This document shows, in pieces, positions 50,920 to 60,890 of a stretch of 64,000 bases of DNA. Both the position numbers and the translations under genes were made by a program. The stretch is taken from contig JBHLOI010000001.1 of the NCBI GenBank assembly GCA_048940645.1, positions 32,001 through 96,000 on the forward strand, read 5' to 3'. Source of the stretch: Promethearchaeota archaeon (GTDB taxonomy: Archaea; Asgardarchaeota; Lokiarchaeia; Sigyniarchaeales; SOKP01). Below the pieces are notes generated by a model, which saw nothing but the letters and a program-made list of their open reading frames with translations, was not told the DNA's origin and did no database searches. Numbering within the stretch: the stretch's first letter is position 1; the number at the start of each line of letters is the position of its first letter.

Positions 50920-51136
50920 AAATAATATAAATAAATTTAGAATTTTTTAAATATTAATAAAACACAATGACATAAATATGCTCAACCAAAATCATAATTT
51001 TGAAATTATAAGATCCAAGTAATCTACTCAAATTATCAATAGCAATTTTACAAAAAAAATTTATGAGTCCTAACCAGTTTTAATATATTTCTTGGTTCCT
51101 TTAATTCAAGTAATAAATTAACAAATAAATTGTGAT

Positions 51137-51679
51137 TTGATGAATAAAAAAGTTTTAATTTGGGAGATTATCGGCATAGTTTTTATTATATTTCTAGGTT
51201 CATTCATGCATTTTCTTTTTGAATTAACAGGATCTTGGCCGCCTATTGGTGCTATAGCAGCAGTAAATGAAAGTACTTGGGAACACTTGAAATTAGGGTA
51301 TTGGCCCTTGATGTTCTTTGCTTTAATTGAATATAAGTTTATAAAAGAAGAGGTTAATAATTTTGCGCTCGCTAAATTTGTGGGCTCCTTATTGATTTTT
51401 GGAGTTATTATCATCTTTTTTTATTCTTATACAGCCATATTAGGAGAGGATTTATTAATACTTGACATATTTAGTTTTATACTTTCAATAATCATAGCTC
51501 AATTAGTAAGTTATAAAATTTTAACAATTAAAAGGCTAAAAAATAGTGTTTCTATCATATCATTGGTTGGACTCGTAATTCTGGGATTGTTATTCATACT
51601 ATTCACCTACTTTCCTCCACAGATATTCCTTTTTCAAGATCCTGTATCTGGTGGCTATGGAATAGTAGAACATCTCTAA
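51137..51679 (+). CDS. Membrane protein (DUF6512-like)
   Basis: GSFMHFLFE, VNESTWEHLKL, FTYFPP..FLFQDP. Confidence 0.75.
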   Translation: MMNKKVLIWEIIGIVFIIFLGSFMHFLFELTGSWPPIGAIAAVNESTWEHLKLGYWPLMFFALIEYKFIKEEVNNFALAKFVGSLLIFGVIIIFFYSYTAILGEDLLILDIFSFILSIIIAQLVSYKILTIKRLKNSVSIISLVGLVILGLLFILFTYFPPQIFLFQDPVSGGYGIVEHL

Positions 51680-51793
51680 TTCAATTTAACTTTTTCTTCT
51701 TTTACTTTTTTTTAACTAAATAGTTATAAACTTAATTTATAAAATTCAAAAAATTAACATAATACAGGAAATTTATTTTAAAAAGTCGATTTT

Positions 51794-53449
51794 ATGAAAT
51801 GTTTTGATTTTGATGAAAGCGTTCAAAAAATATTAAATGATTCTTTTTCTGATATTGAACCTACAAACTGGAAGAGGTGGTTAGAAGTTTCATCCAGTGA
51901 AGAGTTTGAAGAATTATGTTTAAAAAACTCTGGATTATCTTCTATAAATGAAATTTTTAAAAGGGCAACTTCTGAAATTACAGATTCAAGAAGTTTTTCT
52001 ATTAATTTGGAAAATTTTCTTTCTGATTATAACCATTCTTATACTCCAATACTGTGTCATACATCAGGAACAACTGATAGTAAGATTTCAGCTCTTAAGT
52101 GGTTCTTTATGTCAAAAAGTGTAACTCAAAAAAATTGGGCTCCAGGTATGCAAGCTATATTCGAATCAAGCGGATTAGATTCTAAAACTTCTGCTGTAAT
52201 TTTTGTTCCTTCAAGGATTAAATTAGATGGTTTACAATATTTTGAAGGACAAGCATATATTTCACTTTATTCCTCTGAATTTTCTCAAAGAGTAATGCTT
52301 TCAATCATTAAACCAAAAAATTACTCTTTTTATGAATATAAAAATTCTAAAAGTATAGATGTAATCTCTAAAATTTTAGATTTGGATGATATTCGTGTTA
52401 TTTCTGCTCCTGCTTTAACAATTTTAGGATGGGCTGATTTAGAAAAGCTTAGATTGCGATTACAAAAAGCTCTTGATGATTTACCAGATTATAAAAATCC
52501 AATATTAGAGAATCTAATTTCGATAATTAAAAAAGAAGGTATACAAAAAGCATCAAAAATTATTCAAGAAAAACTTTCAGAAAAATTGTCTAAAGCTACA
52601 ATAATATTTAGCATAAGTTCCCTTTCAGAACAGAATTGGGATTTAATAAGGAGGTTTATGAAATGGGAAAAAGGAGAAGAAAGATTTACTAATCTTTATG
52701 TAGCATCTGAGATTGGACCTTTCGCATCTAGTATCTCTAAAGAAGACTTCGAAATATCACGTCAAAATAGGCTGTATGTTTTTCCTTTGACATTACCTGT
52801 TATAGAACACCATAACAAAAAAGAATTAATTTCTCGAGCTTCAAATCAAACAGGCAAGCTATTAGTGTCAAGAATGGATGGTTCTAACGCTCTAATTAAT
52901 ATTGATTTAGGTGATATTATTACTATAAAAGAAAATTATGGATTGCCGCAAATAGACGGAAAAATCATACGATCGAGCTTTAAATTAAAATATGACCTCA
53001 AGTTATCTGAAAAATTTACTATACCTTTCGATTATAGCATTTATGCTGGTGATTTTTTCTCTCTAAACGAATTTATAATTAATCAGCCAAGGAACTTAAT
53101 TAATTGCTTAAAAATTGCTTGTAATTTGGAAGTTGATGCGTTATTATTATTAAAGAATAATAAACAGTCTTGGGATCTAGTATTTCCATCTAATATTCAA
53201 GAAAATTGTAAAAGAAAAGAAAGATTAATAGAATTAATTTCTTCATGTCCGCATCAGGAGGAACTTACTCAAGTAATTATCAATAATTTAATCAATATCG
53301 ATTTTATTGATGATCAGCCAGTTGACTTCTTAGCTACGCGATCAGAAATATTAAATAAAGTTCGTGAAGGACAAGCACCTAAAGGCATATTGAAAAAATG
53401 GCCTTTATATGTAATTATTCCTGACAGCGATGAGAATACCCTTATATAA
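51794..53449 (+). CDS. Divergent stand-alone adenylate-forming enzyme (ANL superfamily; PaaK/LuxE/GH3-like)
   Basis: HTSGTT...K (A3 P-loop), NLYVASEIG (A5-like), GKLLVS, IDLGDII (A7-like), G...R hinge. Confidence 0.65.
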   Translation: MKCFDFDESVQKILNDSFSDIEPTNWKRWLEVSSSEEFEELCLKNSGLSSINEIFKRATSEITDSRSFSINLENFLSDYNHSYTPILCHTSGTTDSKISALKWFFMSKSVTQKNWAPGMQAIFESSGLDSKTSAVIFVPSRIKLDGLQYFEGQAYISLYSSEFSQRVMLSIIKPKNYSFYEYKNSKSIDVISKILDLDDIRVISAPALTILGWADLEKLRLRLQKALDDLPDYKNPILENLISIIKKEGIQKASKIIQEKLSEKLSKATIIFSISSLSEQNWDLIRRFMKWEKGEERFTNLYVASEIGPFASSISKEDFEISRQNRLYVFPLTLPVIEHHNKKELISRASNQTGKLLVSRMDGSNALINIDLGDIITIKENYGLPQIDGKIIRSSFKLKYDLKLSEKFTIPFDYSIYAGDFFSLNEFIINQPRNLINCLKIACNLEVDALLLLKNNKQSWDLVFPSNIQENCKRKERLIELISSCPHQEELTQVIINNLINIDFIDDQPVDFLATRSEILNKVREGQAPKGILKKWPLYVIIPDSDENTLI

Positions 53450-53471
53450 GAAAAAGAAGGAAAAAATGAAT

Positions 53472-53873
53472 TTATTGCCAAACGGCTAGAATTAAACCTG
53501 CGATTATGAATCCAATCAAGTAAAACCCATATTCTAATAGAAAAAGCTTTACTCCTCTATCATTAAAATTATTTTGGTTAATTCCTATAGTTGCAACAAA
53601 TCCTACCCATAAAAGGAAACTTATTATTAAAGCTGATAAAATATCATTCATACCAGTGAGATCAATGATAACCTCAATCATTAGAACTGACACAAAACTC
53701 GTTGGAATCATTATAATAGTATCTCTAATAATTTTTGATTTGGGTTCACTCTCTTTACCAACTAATTTGAGCCATATGTTTCCAAACACAAATGGAAAAT
53801 ACCAGAAAAAGTGAATCAGAAAATAAATAATTGCAACCACGATAACAGCTAACCAATTAATCATCAAAGCCAT
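53472..53873 (-). CDS. DUF1761 family membrane protein
   Basis: INWLAVIV...WY...FG..WLKLVG, four TM helices. Confidence 0.78.
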   Translation of the reverse strand: MALMINWLAVIVVAIIYFLIHFFWYFPFVFGNIWLKLVGKESEPKSKIIRDTIIMIPTSFVSVLMIEVIIDLTGMNDILSALIISFLLWVGFVATIGINQNNFNDRGVKLFLLEYGFYLIGFIIAGLILAVWQ

Positions 53874-53977
53874 TTATTTTCACTTTTTAAATTATAATTT
53901 GTAATTAAAAGGAATATAAATGAACGATATTTATTTCTTATTTGTTTAAATTATAAATTACAATAAGTGGATTACAC

Positions 53978-54451
53978 ATGAAAGATAAATTTAATTTAGT
54001 GGGAACAAAAATAAAACCATTTAAATTACCAAACTCGAGAGGCGAAAGTAATAGCATTCAGGACTTTTTAGGTCATAGTGTAGTAATTGTTTTGTTCCGG
54101 AGTAAAAATTGACCCTATGCTAAAGCCCATGCAGGAAAACTCGGTGATGATTACGATAAATTCAAAGAATATAATGCAATATTATACACAATCTTACCAA
54201 ATGATCTTGAAAGTGCTAGGAATTTTGAAGCCAATTTTGCCAAAAAAAAATTTCCAATTTATTATGATGCCACAAAAAAGGTAAATAAAATGTTAAAACA
54301 GGAAGTAAAACCTTTAAAACTGGGTAGAATGCCAGCACTTCTCATAATCGACGAACAAGGGATTATTAGATATGCATATTACAGTGATTCGATGAGTGAT
54401 ATACCAGACAATGAGGAAATTTTTGAAGTTCTCAAAAGTTTTAGTAAATAA
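53978..54451 (+). CDS. Peroxiredoxin-like (AhpC/TSA) selenoprotein, in-frame TGA = Sec45
   Basis: Read by hand: ATG 53978...VVIVLFRSKN-TGA(54110-54112)-PYAKAH...FPIYYD...GRMPALLIIDEQGIIRYAY...IPDNEEI...TAA 54449-54451; 157 codons; thioredoxin-fold motifs on both sides of the TGA. Confidence 0.85.
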
Positions 54452-54454
54452 ATC

Positions 54455-54527
54455 TGATTTGGTTCGAATAATATATGAAAAATGATTGAATTTTATTCGA
54501 TTAAGTTAGCCACACTTTACCAAATCA
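54455..54527 (+). other. 3'-UTR stem-loop downstream of the selenoprotein gene (candidate SECIS-like element)
   Basis: tgatttggt/accaaatca outer stem and tcgaataa/ttattcga inner stem enclosing ATGAAAAATGATTGAA; canonical SECIS geometry not confirmed. Confidence 0.35.
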
Positions 54528-54571
54528 ATCTATTTTTATTTATTTATATTTTGTCTTAGATGAATTACGGA

Positions 54572-56713
54572 TTAATATTTAAATTTTCTTCTGATGGGAA
54601 TCATGGAAATGAAACTTGCTATCGCAAGTAAAATGAATAGACTATTAATTATAATAATCGGAGCACTAATTTCTTTTATAACTGTAACCTCGGCAAAAGC
54701 AACATTACCTGCTTTATCTAATACATAAAATAAGATATTAATTGGACCATTTCCATATTTATTCCATTCAGTTTGGTCTATTGTTCCAGTGTTACTGAAT
54801 AATGGGATATTGGTTAATCCGTTATCTAATGTATACCATATTGAATCTAAATTCGATTCGATTATTGTAATTTCAAATATAGGAGGTTTATTTCCAAATA
54901 CTTCATTTTCATTAGGAGAAATAATAGTAACGGTTGGATTAATTAGATCTTTTATAACTGTTACTTCAGCAAAAGCAACATTACCTGCTTTATCTAATAC
55001 GTAAAATCTAAGATTGATTGTCCCATTACCATATTTATTCCATTCTGATTGGTCAATAATTCCATTAAGTAAACTATTTGATATATTCGTTATTCCATCA
55101 TCTAAAGTGTACCACATTAAATCAATATTAGATTCTATTACAGTGATATCAAATTCAGGAGATGTTTTACCGAACAATTCATTTTCAAGTGGAGAATTTA
55201 TTGTAATGAGTGGTTCTATTGTGTCTTTATTAATAGTAATTTCAGAATAACTTGAATTTCCCAATGTGTCATTAATATAAACTCGAAGATTCAGAGGGCC
55301 ATCCTCTTTTTTATCCCATTCTATTTGATCTATAGTTCCTGTTAGCCCTGAGAAAGTAATATTAGTAATTCCTCCATCAATAGTATACCAAGTAGTATCT
55401 ATTGAAGTTCCATAAATTGATATATCAAAATCGGGTGCAACATTACCAAAAACATCATTTTGAACAGGAGAATTTATCATAATTGTTGGCGTTAGCAAGC
55501 TTTTAACAACCAGCTCATATGGATATGGTTGATCATTGACATTAGGATCAAAATCGGAAGGAAGTCTCCTATACATAAGATATTGTCCATCAGGGGAATA
55601 AATTGGAAACTCATCGTTATATGGACCTATTTCTGTTAGTGGGACAATGCCAGTGCCATTCGTTTTTATCCTAAATAAATGCATATTGCCATCTAAACGG
55701 TTACTTGCCATTATCAGCTCCTTCCCATCGATAGGATTGTAATTCCACCGTCTGTTAAAGTATACATCATCAATAACTGTTCTTTCATTGCTCCCATCTA
55801 TATTAATTGCATATATACTCCCATTACTATGCCATATAACTGTATTTCCATCCGCTAATACTAGGGTCTGAGTTCTCTTCGAAAAAGATTTAATTGTATT
55901 CCGCTCTGAACCGTCTACATTGCATACCCTGAGAGTGGTAGGATTATTCCAATATGTTGCATGCCCCCATAAAAGCTTACTACCATTTGGGGCCATTCCT
56001 AATGTAAATGAATAATCGGGATAGGATCTGTCTTGCCAATTATCGGTACCGTCATCATTACAAACATATGATCTGTACCATCCATTACCGTTATGAGCAG
56101 AAAAATATACTAGATTTGTTCCTGGAATAAACATTCCAGTGTATACCGTTCCTTCATTTATCCATAAAGGATTCGATGATGTTGTTCTTATTCCATTAGT
56201 ATGAGTAAACGTAACCTGAGTGAGAGAGGTTCCATCAAATCTTATTTTCCAGAGTTCTCTCCTTCCATAGTACGAACTTGCGCTAGCTTCCTCAAATCTT
56301 ATTGAGAAAAGAATCCAATTATCTTTCCAATCATATAGACTATTATAAGCTGCCCCAGTATATATCAGTTGGTGGTTCGTGAGTTGTGCGCTGTTAGGAT
56401 TTTTGTCGGCAACCCAGAGTTCACAGTTCCATACCTGTTGATTTTGAGATTTTATATATGCTACTTTGGTTCCATCTGGTGACCAAATATGATCAGAAAT
56501 AGTCTCCCCAATTATGTATTCATTTGATCCCTTTACTTCTAAATTAGGATGAGTGCTAATATTTAGATTTCCTTGATCATTACTAAAGTCTATAATAAAA
56601 ATAAAGGAGAATCCTAAAATGATGCCTAAAATAGAAGAAATTATCTTCTTTTTTTGGTTAATTTTTCTCAATTTGGTTTGTTGAAAAATATGGATTATAA
56701 TATATTTTGTCAA
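54572..56713 (-). CDS. Cell-surface protein: TolB/PD40-like beta-propeller plus three Ig-like repeats and a C-terminal TM anchor
   Basis: WSPDGTKVAY, YSPDGQYL; three repeats of P.I.I.SP..N..FG...P.F.I...WYT.D.G.TN...G.IDQ.EW; hydrophobic C-terminus ending RRKFKY. Confidence 0.82.
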   Translation of the reverse strand: MTKYIIIHIFQQTKLRKINQKKKIISSILGIILGFSFIFIIDFSNDQGNLNISTHPNLEVKGSNEYIIGETISDHIWSPDGTKVAYIKSQNQQVWNCELWVADKNPNSAQLTNHQLIYTGAAYNSLYDWKDNWILFSIRFEEASASSYYGRRELWKIRFDGTSLTQVTFTHTNGIRTTSSNPLWINEGTVYTGMFIPGTNLVYFSAHNGNGWYRSYVCNDDGTDNWQDRSYPDYSFTLGMAPNGSKLLWGHATYWNNPTTLRVCNVDGSERNTIKSFSKRTQTLVLADGNTVIWHSNGSIYAINIDGSNERTVIDDVYFNRRWNYNPIDGKELIMASNRLDGNMHLFRIKTNGTGIVPLTEIGPYNDEFPIYSPDGQYLMYRRLPSDFDPNVNDQPYPYELVVKSLLTPTIMINSPVQNDVFGNVAPDFDISIYGTSIDTTWYTIDGGITNITFSGLTGTIDQIEWDKKEDGPLNLRVYINDTLGNSSYSEITINKDTIEPLITINSPLENELFGKTSPEFDITVIESNIDLMWYTLDDGITNISNSLLNGIIDQSEWNKYGNGTINLRFYVLDKAGNVAFAEVTVIKDLINPTVTIISPNENEVFGNKPPIFEITIIESNLDSIWYTLDNGLTNIPLFSNTGTIDQTEWNKYGNGPINILFYVLDKAGNVAFAEVTVIKEISAPIIIINSLFILLAIASFISMIPIRRKFKY

Positions 56714-56809
56714 GTTAATATTTAAATTTACTTTCAGAAATAAAAAAGATTAGAGATTAGGAATTTCCTCTTGATGAGAAGTTGACTAAATATAACTATT
56801 TTTAATTTT

Positions 56810-57331
56810 TTAAGTGGATTTTAACCCTATTGACGGTCCTACTTGTATGAATTTATATATAAGTTGACCTTCCCCATTAAATACATCCCAACCTTTATTA
56901 CTTTCAAAACCATGTGCAGATAAAAAATTTGTTGAAAATTTGCTCCTTGCAGACTGTACCATTTGATTAATAACCTCTATTTTCATTTCTTTATTTTCAA
57001 CTAATTCCAATTTACCCTGCATTGAAATAAAATAATAACTGCTAAGATCTGGTTCAAATTTTTCTATTGAAATGCAAACATTAGGGTTATTTGAAAGAAT
57101 TTCCTTCTTTTTGCCATAATCAGTAAAATGAAAATATAAAATATCATCAATAAAAGCGTATTGGAAAGGTGAAATATATGGATATTCATTATCTATGAAA
57201 GCAATTCTACATAAATTTTGAGAATTGATTGCTTCTTTTATCTCTCGTTCATTCATTTTTGGTAATTTAATAATTCTAATACTTAACACCAATTTGATTT
57301 TAATGGGATAAAAAACGTGGATCATATTCAA
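56810..57331 (-). CDS. Pyridoxamine 5'-phosphate oxidase-like flavin-binding protein
   Basis: LCRIAF...YPYISP..Y, YFH..YGKK...L..NPNVC; true start probably downstream of the track start. Confidence 0.82.
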   Translation of the reverse strand: MNMIHVFYPIKIKLVLSIRIIKLPKMNEREIKEAINSQNLCRIAFIDNEYPYISPFQYAFIDDILYFHFTDYGKKKEILSNNPNVCISIEKFEPDLSSYYFISMQGKLELVENKEMKIEVINQMVQSARSKFSTNFLSAHGFESNKGWDVFNGEGQLIYKFIQVGPSIGLKST

Positions 57332-58196
57332 GAATTTTTTTTGCTTTTAAAGCACTCCGTTCTTTATCTTTTATTTCTAACATAAGGTCAAAATCATAAT
57401 TTTTTGTTTTATTAATAAAGGTTTTAAAATGCTCGATTTGAATATTATCAGCATGACTTGGATGTCCTTTTATTTTATGTTGAGAGCTATAGTGTACGAT
57501 AGGCAAGCCATCTCGTTTATTCCATGTTTGTGTGAATTTGCTGAATACATCTTCAAAAATCTCACCTGTATTTAAACATTCATGATGATAAACATCAAAA
57601 ACAATAGGAATAAAAATTTCTTCATAAATTTCTAGACAATCTGCTAAATTAAAACTTTTATCATCATTTTCAATAACATATCGATTTTTAATTTTAGCTG
57701 AAAGCTTATTATATCTCTCAATAAATCTTTCTTTACTTCCCTTTTTATCGCCATAAATCCCCCCAATATGGGTCATAATTTTAGCTGTACAATCTAAATT
57801 CATTAAATCTAAAACATCAACATGATATTCCAACTCCTTTATACTTTTCTTAACAACCTTATCGTTTTTAGAATTTAGTACCGTATATTGGCCAGGATGC
57901 ATAGAGATTCTCATATTATACTTCATAATAAATTTCCCTATTTCATTAAACTTTTCTTTGAAGTAATCTTGCCATTCAAATTTCATAATAGGATGAGATG
58001 CAAATGGTATTAAATCAGATGTAAGTCTAAAGAAAAAAATTTTGTTATTTTTATTATATTCAAGAATCTGTTGTAAACAGTTTAAATTTCCATTTACAGT
58101 TTCAATAAATCTTTCTTCGGAATAATTTTTCAAACGAAAAGTTCTACTACTTTTGCATGCTAATGTAAGGTTTATGCAAGGATAACCTATCTTCAT
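57300..58196 (-). CDS. uvsE: UV DNA damage endonuclease
   Basis: IGYPCIN, FFRLTSDLIPFASHP, RISMHPGQY, HIGG.YGDK, IENDD, FDVYHH, HYS, MLEIKDKE. Confidence 0.95.
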   Translation of the reverse strand: MKIGYPCINLTLACKSSRTFRLKNYSEERFIETVNGNLNCLQQILEYNKNNKIFFFRLTSDLIPFASHPIMKFEWQDYFKEKFNEIGKFIMKYNMRISMHPGQYTVLNSKNDKVVKKSIKELEYHVDVLDLMNLDCTAKIMTHIGGIYGDKKGSKERFIERYNKLSAKIKNRYVIENDDKSFNLADCLEIYEEIFIPIVFDVYHHECLNTGEIFEDVFSKFTQTWNKRDGLPIVHYSSQHKIKGHPSHADNIQIEHFKTFINKTKNYDFDLMLEIKDKERSALKAKKILEYDPRFLSH

Positions 58197-58247
58197 TATA
58201 TCTCGATCTTAAAATTAAATAATTAAAATAGAAATTCTTTAATTCAT

Positions 58248-59090
58248 TCACACTTTTTTATCTTTTCGCCTTGTATAGAGTTCTTCATATTTCTTTCGTA
58301 ATTCCTCTATATCTTGCTCTTGTTCACTTATTATCTCTTCCAATCCATCTTCAAAGAACACATCTTCCTTATATTTTTTTGCCGGTGCGCCGAGATAAAC
58401 CCAACCTTCTTCTAATTCTTGACCAATGGTTGTGAGAGAACTAGCAGCAAGAACTGAATTCTTCTTCATATATGTTCCTGGCATTACAACTGAATGAGCA
58501 CCAATTCTAACATTATCTTCTATTATTGTTTTTCTAATTATAAAGAGATTTCCGATAATGACTGTAGATTGAATAACGCTAGCTTGGCCAACTACAATAT
58601 TCCTTCCAAAATCAATGAATTCAGTATCAACCCAGCCTTCAAATAGTGAGTTTGAAAATTTTGTTTTAACCCCAAACAATTTAAAGCAAATGTTATCTAA
58701 GAAAGGTAGGGGGAATTTATGTGCCATCCATGCGGGCCACTTTTTAATTGTATTTCTAATACTCCAATATCTATAGTCCTTATCGGATGGGTCTCTAAGG
58801 AAGATTCCTTCCCTTGGTTTGTGAAAGATATTCACAATAATGAGTAGAATTTTAGTAAAAAACAGAGATACAAATACTAAAGAGAGATATATTACAAATA
58901 TCAAAGCGGGAAGGAAAATTATGAAATGGATAAATTTACTGTTATATAAGAAGTTCCAATACCACCAAAATTCAAATTGGATAATAAAAATACTGATCCA
59001 AATCTGGAATATATAAAAAAGCAAATATTTTTTTTTTACTAATACATTAGATGTAAACGGCCCAGCTTTAAGATATGCAGGAACAGACAT
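58248..59090 (-). CDS. 2TM + LbH acyltransferase-like protein, module C (second copy)
   Basis: Close paralog of 46525..47466 (MSVP...GPF, HKPREG, DKDYRYWSIR, FGVKTKFSNSLFEGW). Confidence 0.8.
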   Translation of the reverse strand: MSVPAYLKAGPFTSNVLVKKKYLLFYIFQIWISIFIIQFEFWWYWNFLYNSKFIHFIIFLPALIFVIYLSLVFVSLFFTKILLIIVNIFHKPREGIFLRDPSDKDYRYWSIRNTIKKWPAWMAHKFPLPFLDNICFKLFGVKTKFSNSLFEGWVDTEFIDFGRNIVVGQASVIQSTVIIGNLFIIRKTIIEDNVRIGAHSVVMPGTYMKKNSVLAASSLTTIGQELEEGWVYLGAPAKKYKEDVFFEDGLEEIISEQEQDIEELRKKYEELYTRRKDKKV

Positions 59091-59995
59091 TATAATTCTT
59101 CCTCCTTATTGTTATTTACTAGTTCTTTCTTATCATCGTCTATATTAACCTCATGTTTAATTTCATATGTAATTTCTTCTTCAACATCCTTGATAGTTAT
59201 TTTATCACGTCTTTGTTCTGCATATTTATTTGGTTTATATTTCATGGCAGGGAGACCAACATATATCCAGCCTGGCTCAATAAAATGGTTAAAATTTGTA
59301 TTAGTAAATGCACCCGTTACCGATTCGGCTCCCAAAAATGTACCTGGTGCTATATTAGAAACACCTCCAGCAACGGTATAATCTCCAAATATGACCTTTT
59401 TTATTATTAAATATTTCCCAACAACCATTGAACTCATCACTACGCAACCTTGACCAATCGTAACATTTCTTCCAAAATCAATGAAATCAGTATCTACCCA
59501 TGCATCTTGAAGGTGGCTTGAGAAATCTATTTTAACTCCAAACCATCTAAATCCCCACATAACAATCCAAGGTAATGGGCTATTATTCATAAGCCATAAT
59601 GCCAACTTCTTTAATTCGACTCGTAGTCTCCAAAACTCAAAATCTTTATCTCCTTTTTCCGCCCTAAAAACACCTTGCCGAGGTTTATGTACCATATTAA
59701 CGATTAATAGAAATGCCTTGCTAAAAATAGCAACTCCAAAGATAAATATAAAATATAAAATAAATAACCAAAATGGTAGTAGAAACATAGTTATAATCCA
59801 ATTGTCAATAAGAGTAGCTACATCAAAAAAAACAGCAACTGCCATATATCCACTAACCCATAGAATTGGAATATATATAGCTAGAAATTTGATGCTAATT
59901 CTGCTAATAGCACTACTAGTTATAAAATCTATAGTATAGTCCTTCTTATTAACTTGAAGATCTTTGCTTTTTTCTGTTGGATTGCTACTAGTCAT
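59090..59995 (-). CDS. 2TM + LbH acyltransferase-like protein, stand-alone module B
   Basis: Matches the C-terminal half of 47473..49350 (DF.TSSAISRI.IKFL, FW.LR.ELKK, HEVNI). Confidence 0.8.
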   Translation of the reverse strand: MTSSNPTEKSKDLQVNKKDYTIDFITSSAISRISIKFLAIYIPILWVSGYMAVAVFFDVATLIDNWIITMFLLPFWLFILYFIFIFGVAIFSKAFLLIVNMVHKPRQGVFRAEKGDKDFEFWRLRVELKKLALWLMNNSPLPWIVMWGFRWFGVKIDFSSHLQDAWVDTDFIDFGRNVTIGQGCVVMSSMVVGKYLIIKKVIFGDYTVAGGVSNIAPGTFLGAESVTGAFTNTNFNHFIEPGWIYVGLPAMKYKPNKYAEQRRDKITIKDVEEEITYEIKHEVNIDDDKKELVNNNKEEEL

Positions 59996-60890
59996 TTACT
60001 CTCCCTCTTTGTTTTGAATTTTTCTCAATTTTTTTAATTTTAAGCTTTTCTGCTCTCTCAAGATCTTTTTCAGACACTTTTAAGTAATCCATCAATCGTT
60101 TTTTAAAAATCCGTCTTAATGGTGCTCCAAAATAGTAATTATTACCTTTTAAGAAGTTATGTTTAGTTGCACCTGTTATAGGTAAAAACCAAGAATTATC
60201 ATTTACTTCACTACCAGGGCCAATACAATTGAAAGCCGCTGTAGTGACATTATTTCCAATCTTTACTTTAAAATAAGTTATATTTCCAAAAATTCCTTCA
60301 ACAGCATGGGAACTGAAAGCGCCATTTACCCCAAAATAACAATTATTTCCTATTGAAATATATCTATCTGCACCAACATTCTCTTCGAGGGTTGTTCCCT
60401 TTCCTATCCAATTAGCTCCTATGAAATTATAAAGCCAATTTATTAGCCATGGAAAAGGTCCTCTTATAACAGCGTTTTTCGGATATTTAATTACAAAACT
60501 ACGTATATGATAGAAATTTAAAGTTTTACTGGGAACATTTCGAGGGATTATACCATCTTTGGATGGTGATATTTTTTCAGTGGTCCTCCAAATCCATCTT
60601 GTAATCAGCCCTACAAACAAAATATGAATTAAATAACATGACACTATTATTAAAGGCATAAAAATTGAAGCTAAAAGAGGTTCTAATTGTGTGAAGAGTA
60701 ATATAAAATTGCTGATATCTAAAAAATTTGGTAAATAAAAAAGCATGACATATACCATAAATATAATCGCGGGGATTAGAAAAGACCCGAAATAAATAAT
60801 GAAAAATAAAAATAAATACCAATGAAACTGTAAATTGATTTCTTCTTTTATGATTTCGTTATTGGTACTACTTTCAGATGAATTTTCCAT
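59988..60890 (-). CDS. 2TM + LbH acyltransferase-like protein, stand-alone module A
   Basis: Matches the N-terminal half of 47473..49350 (LQFH.Y, PSKDGIIPRN, YHIRSF, IGKGTT.EE.VG). Confidence 0.8.
   Translation of the reverse strand: MENSSESSTNNEIIKEEINLQFHWYLFLFFIIYFGSFLIPAIIFMVYVMLFYLPNFLDISNFILLFTQLEPLLASIFMPLIIVSCYLIHILFVGLITRWIWRTTEKISPSKDGIIPRNVPSKTLNFYHIRSFVIKYPKNAVIRGPFPWLINWLYNFIGANWIGKGTTLEENVGADRYISIGNNCYFGVNGAFSSHAVEGIFGNITYFKVKIGNNVTTAAFNCIGPGSEVNDNSWFLPITGATKHNFLKGNNYYFGAPLRRIFKKRLMDYLKVSEKDLERAEKLKIKKIEKNSKQRGRVND

Noticed and set aside
54087-54284. 65-aa ORF in the supplied track
   Set aside because: Out-of-frame shadow of the TGA-containing peroxiredoxin-like gene 53978..54451
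54660-55480. Direct DNA repeats of about 280-bp period
   Set aside because: They encode the Ig-like protein repeats of 54572..56713; not a CRISPR array or mobile element
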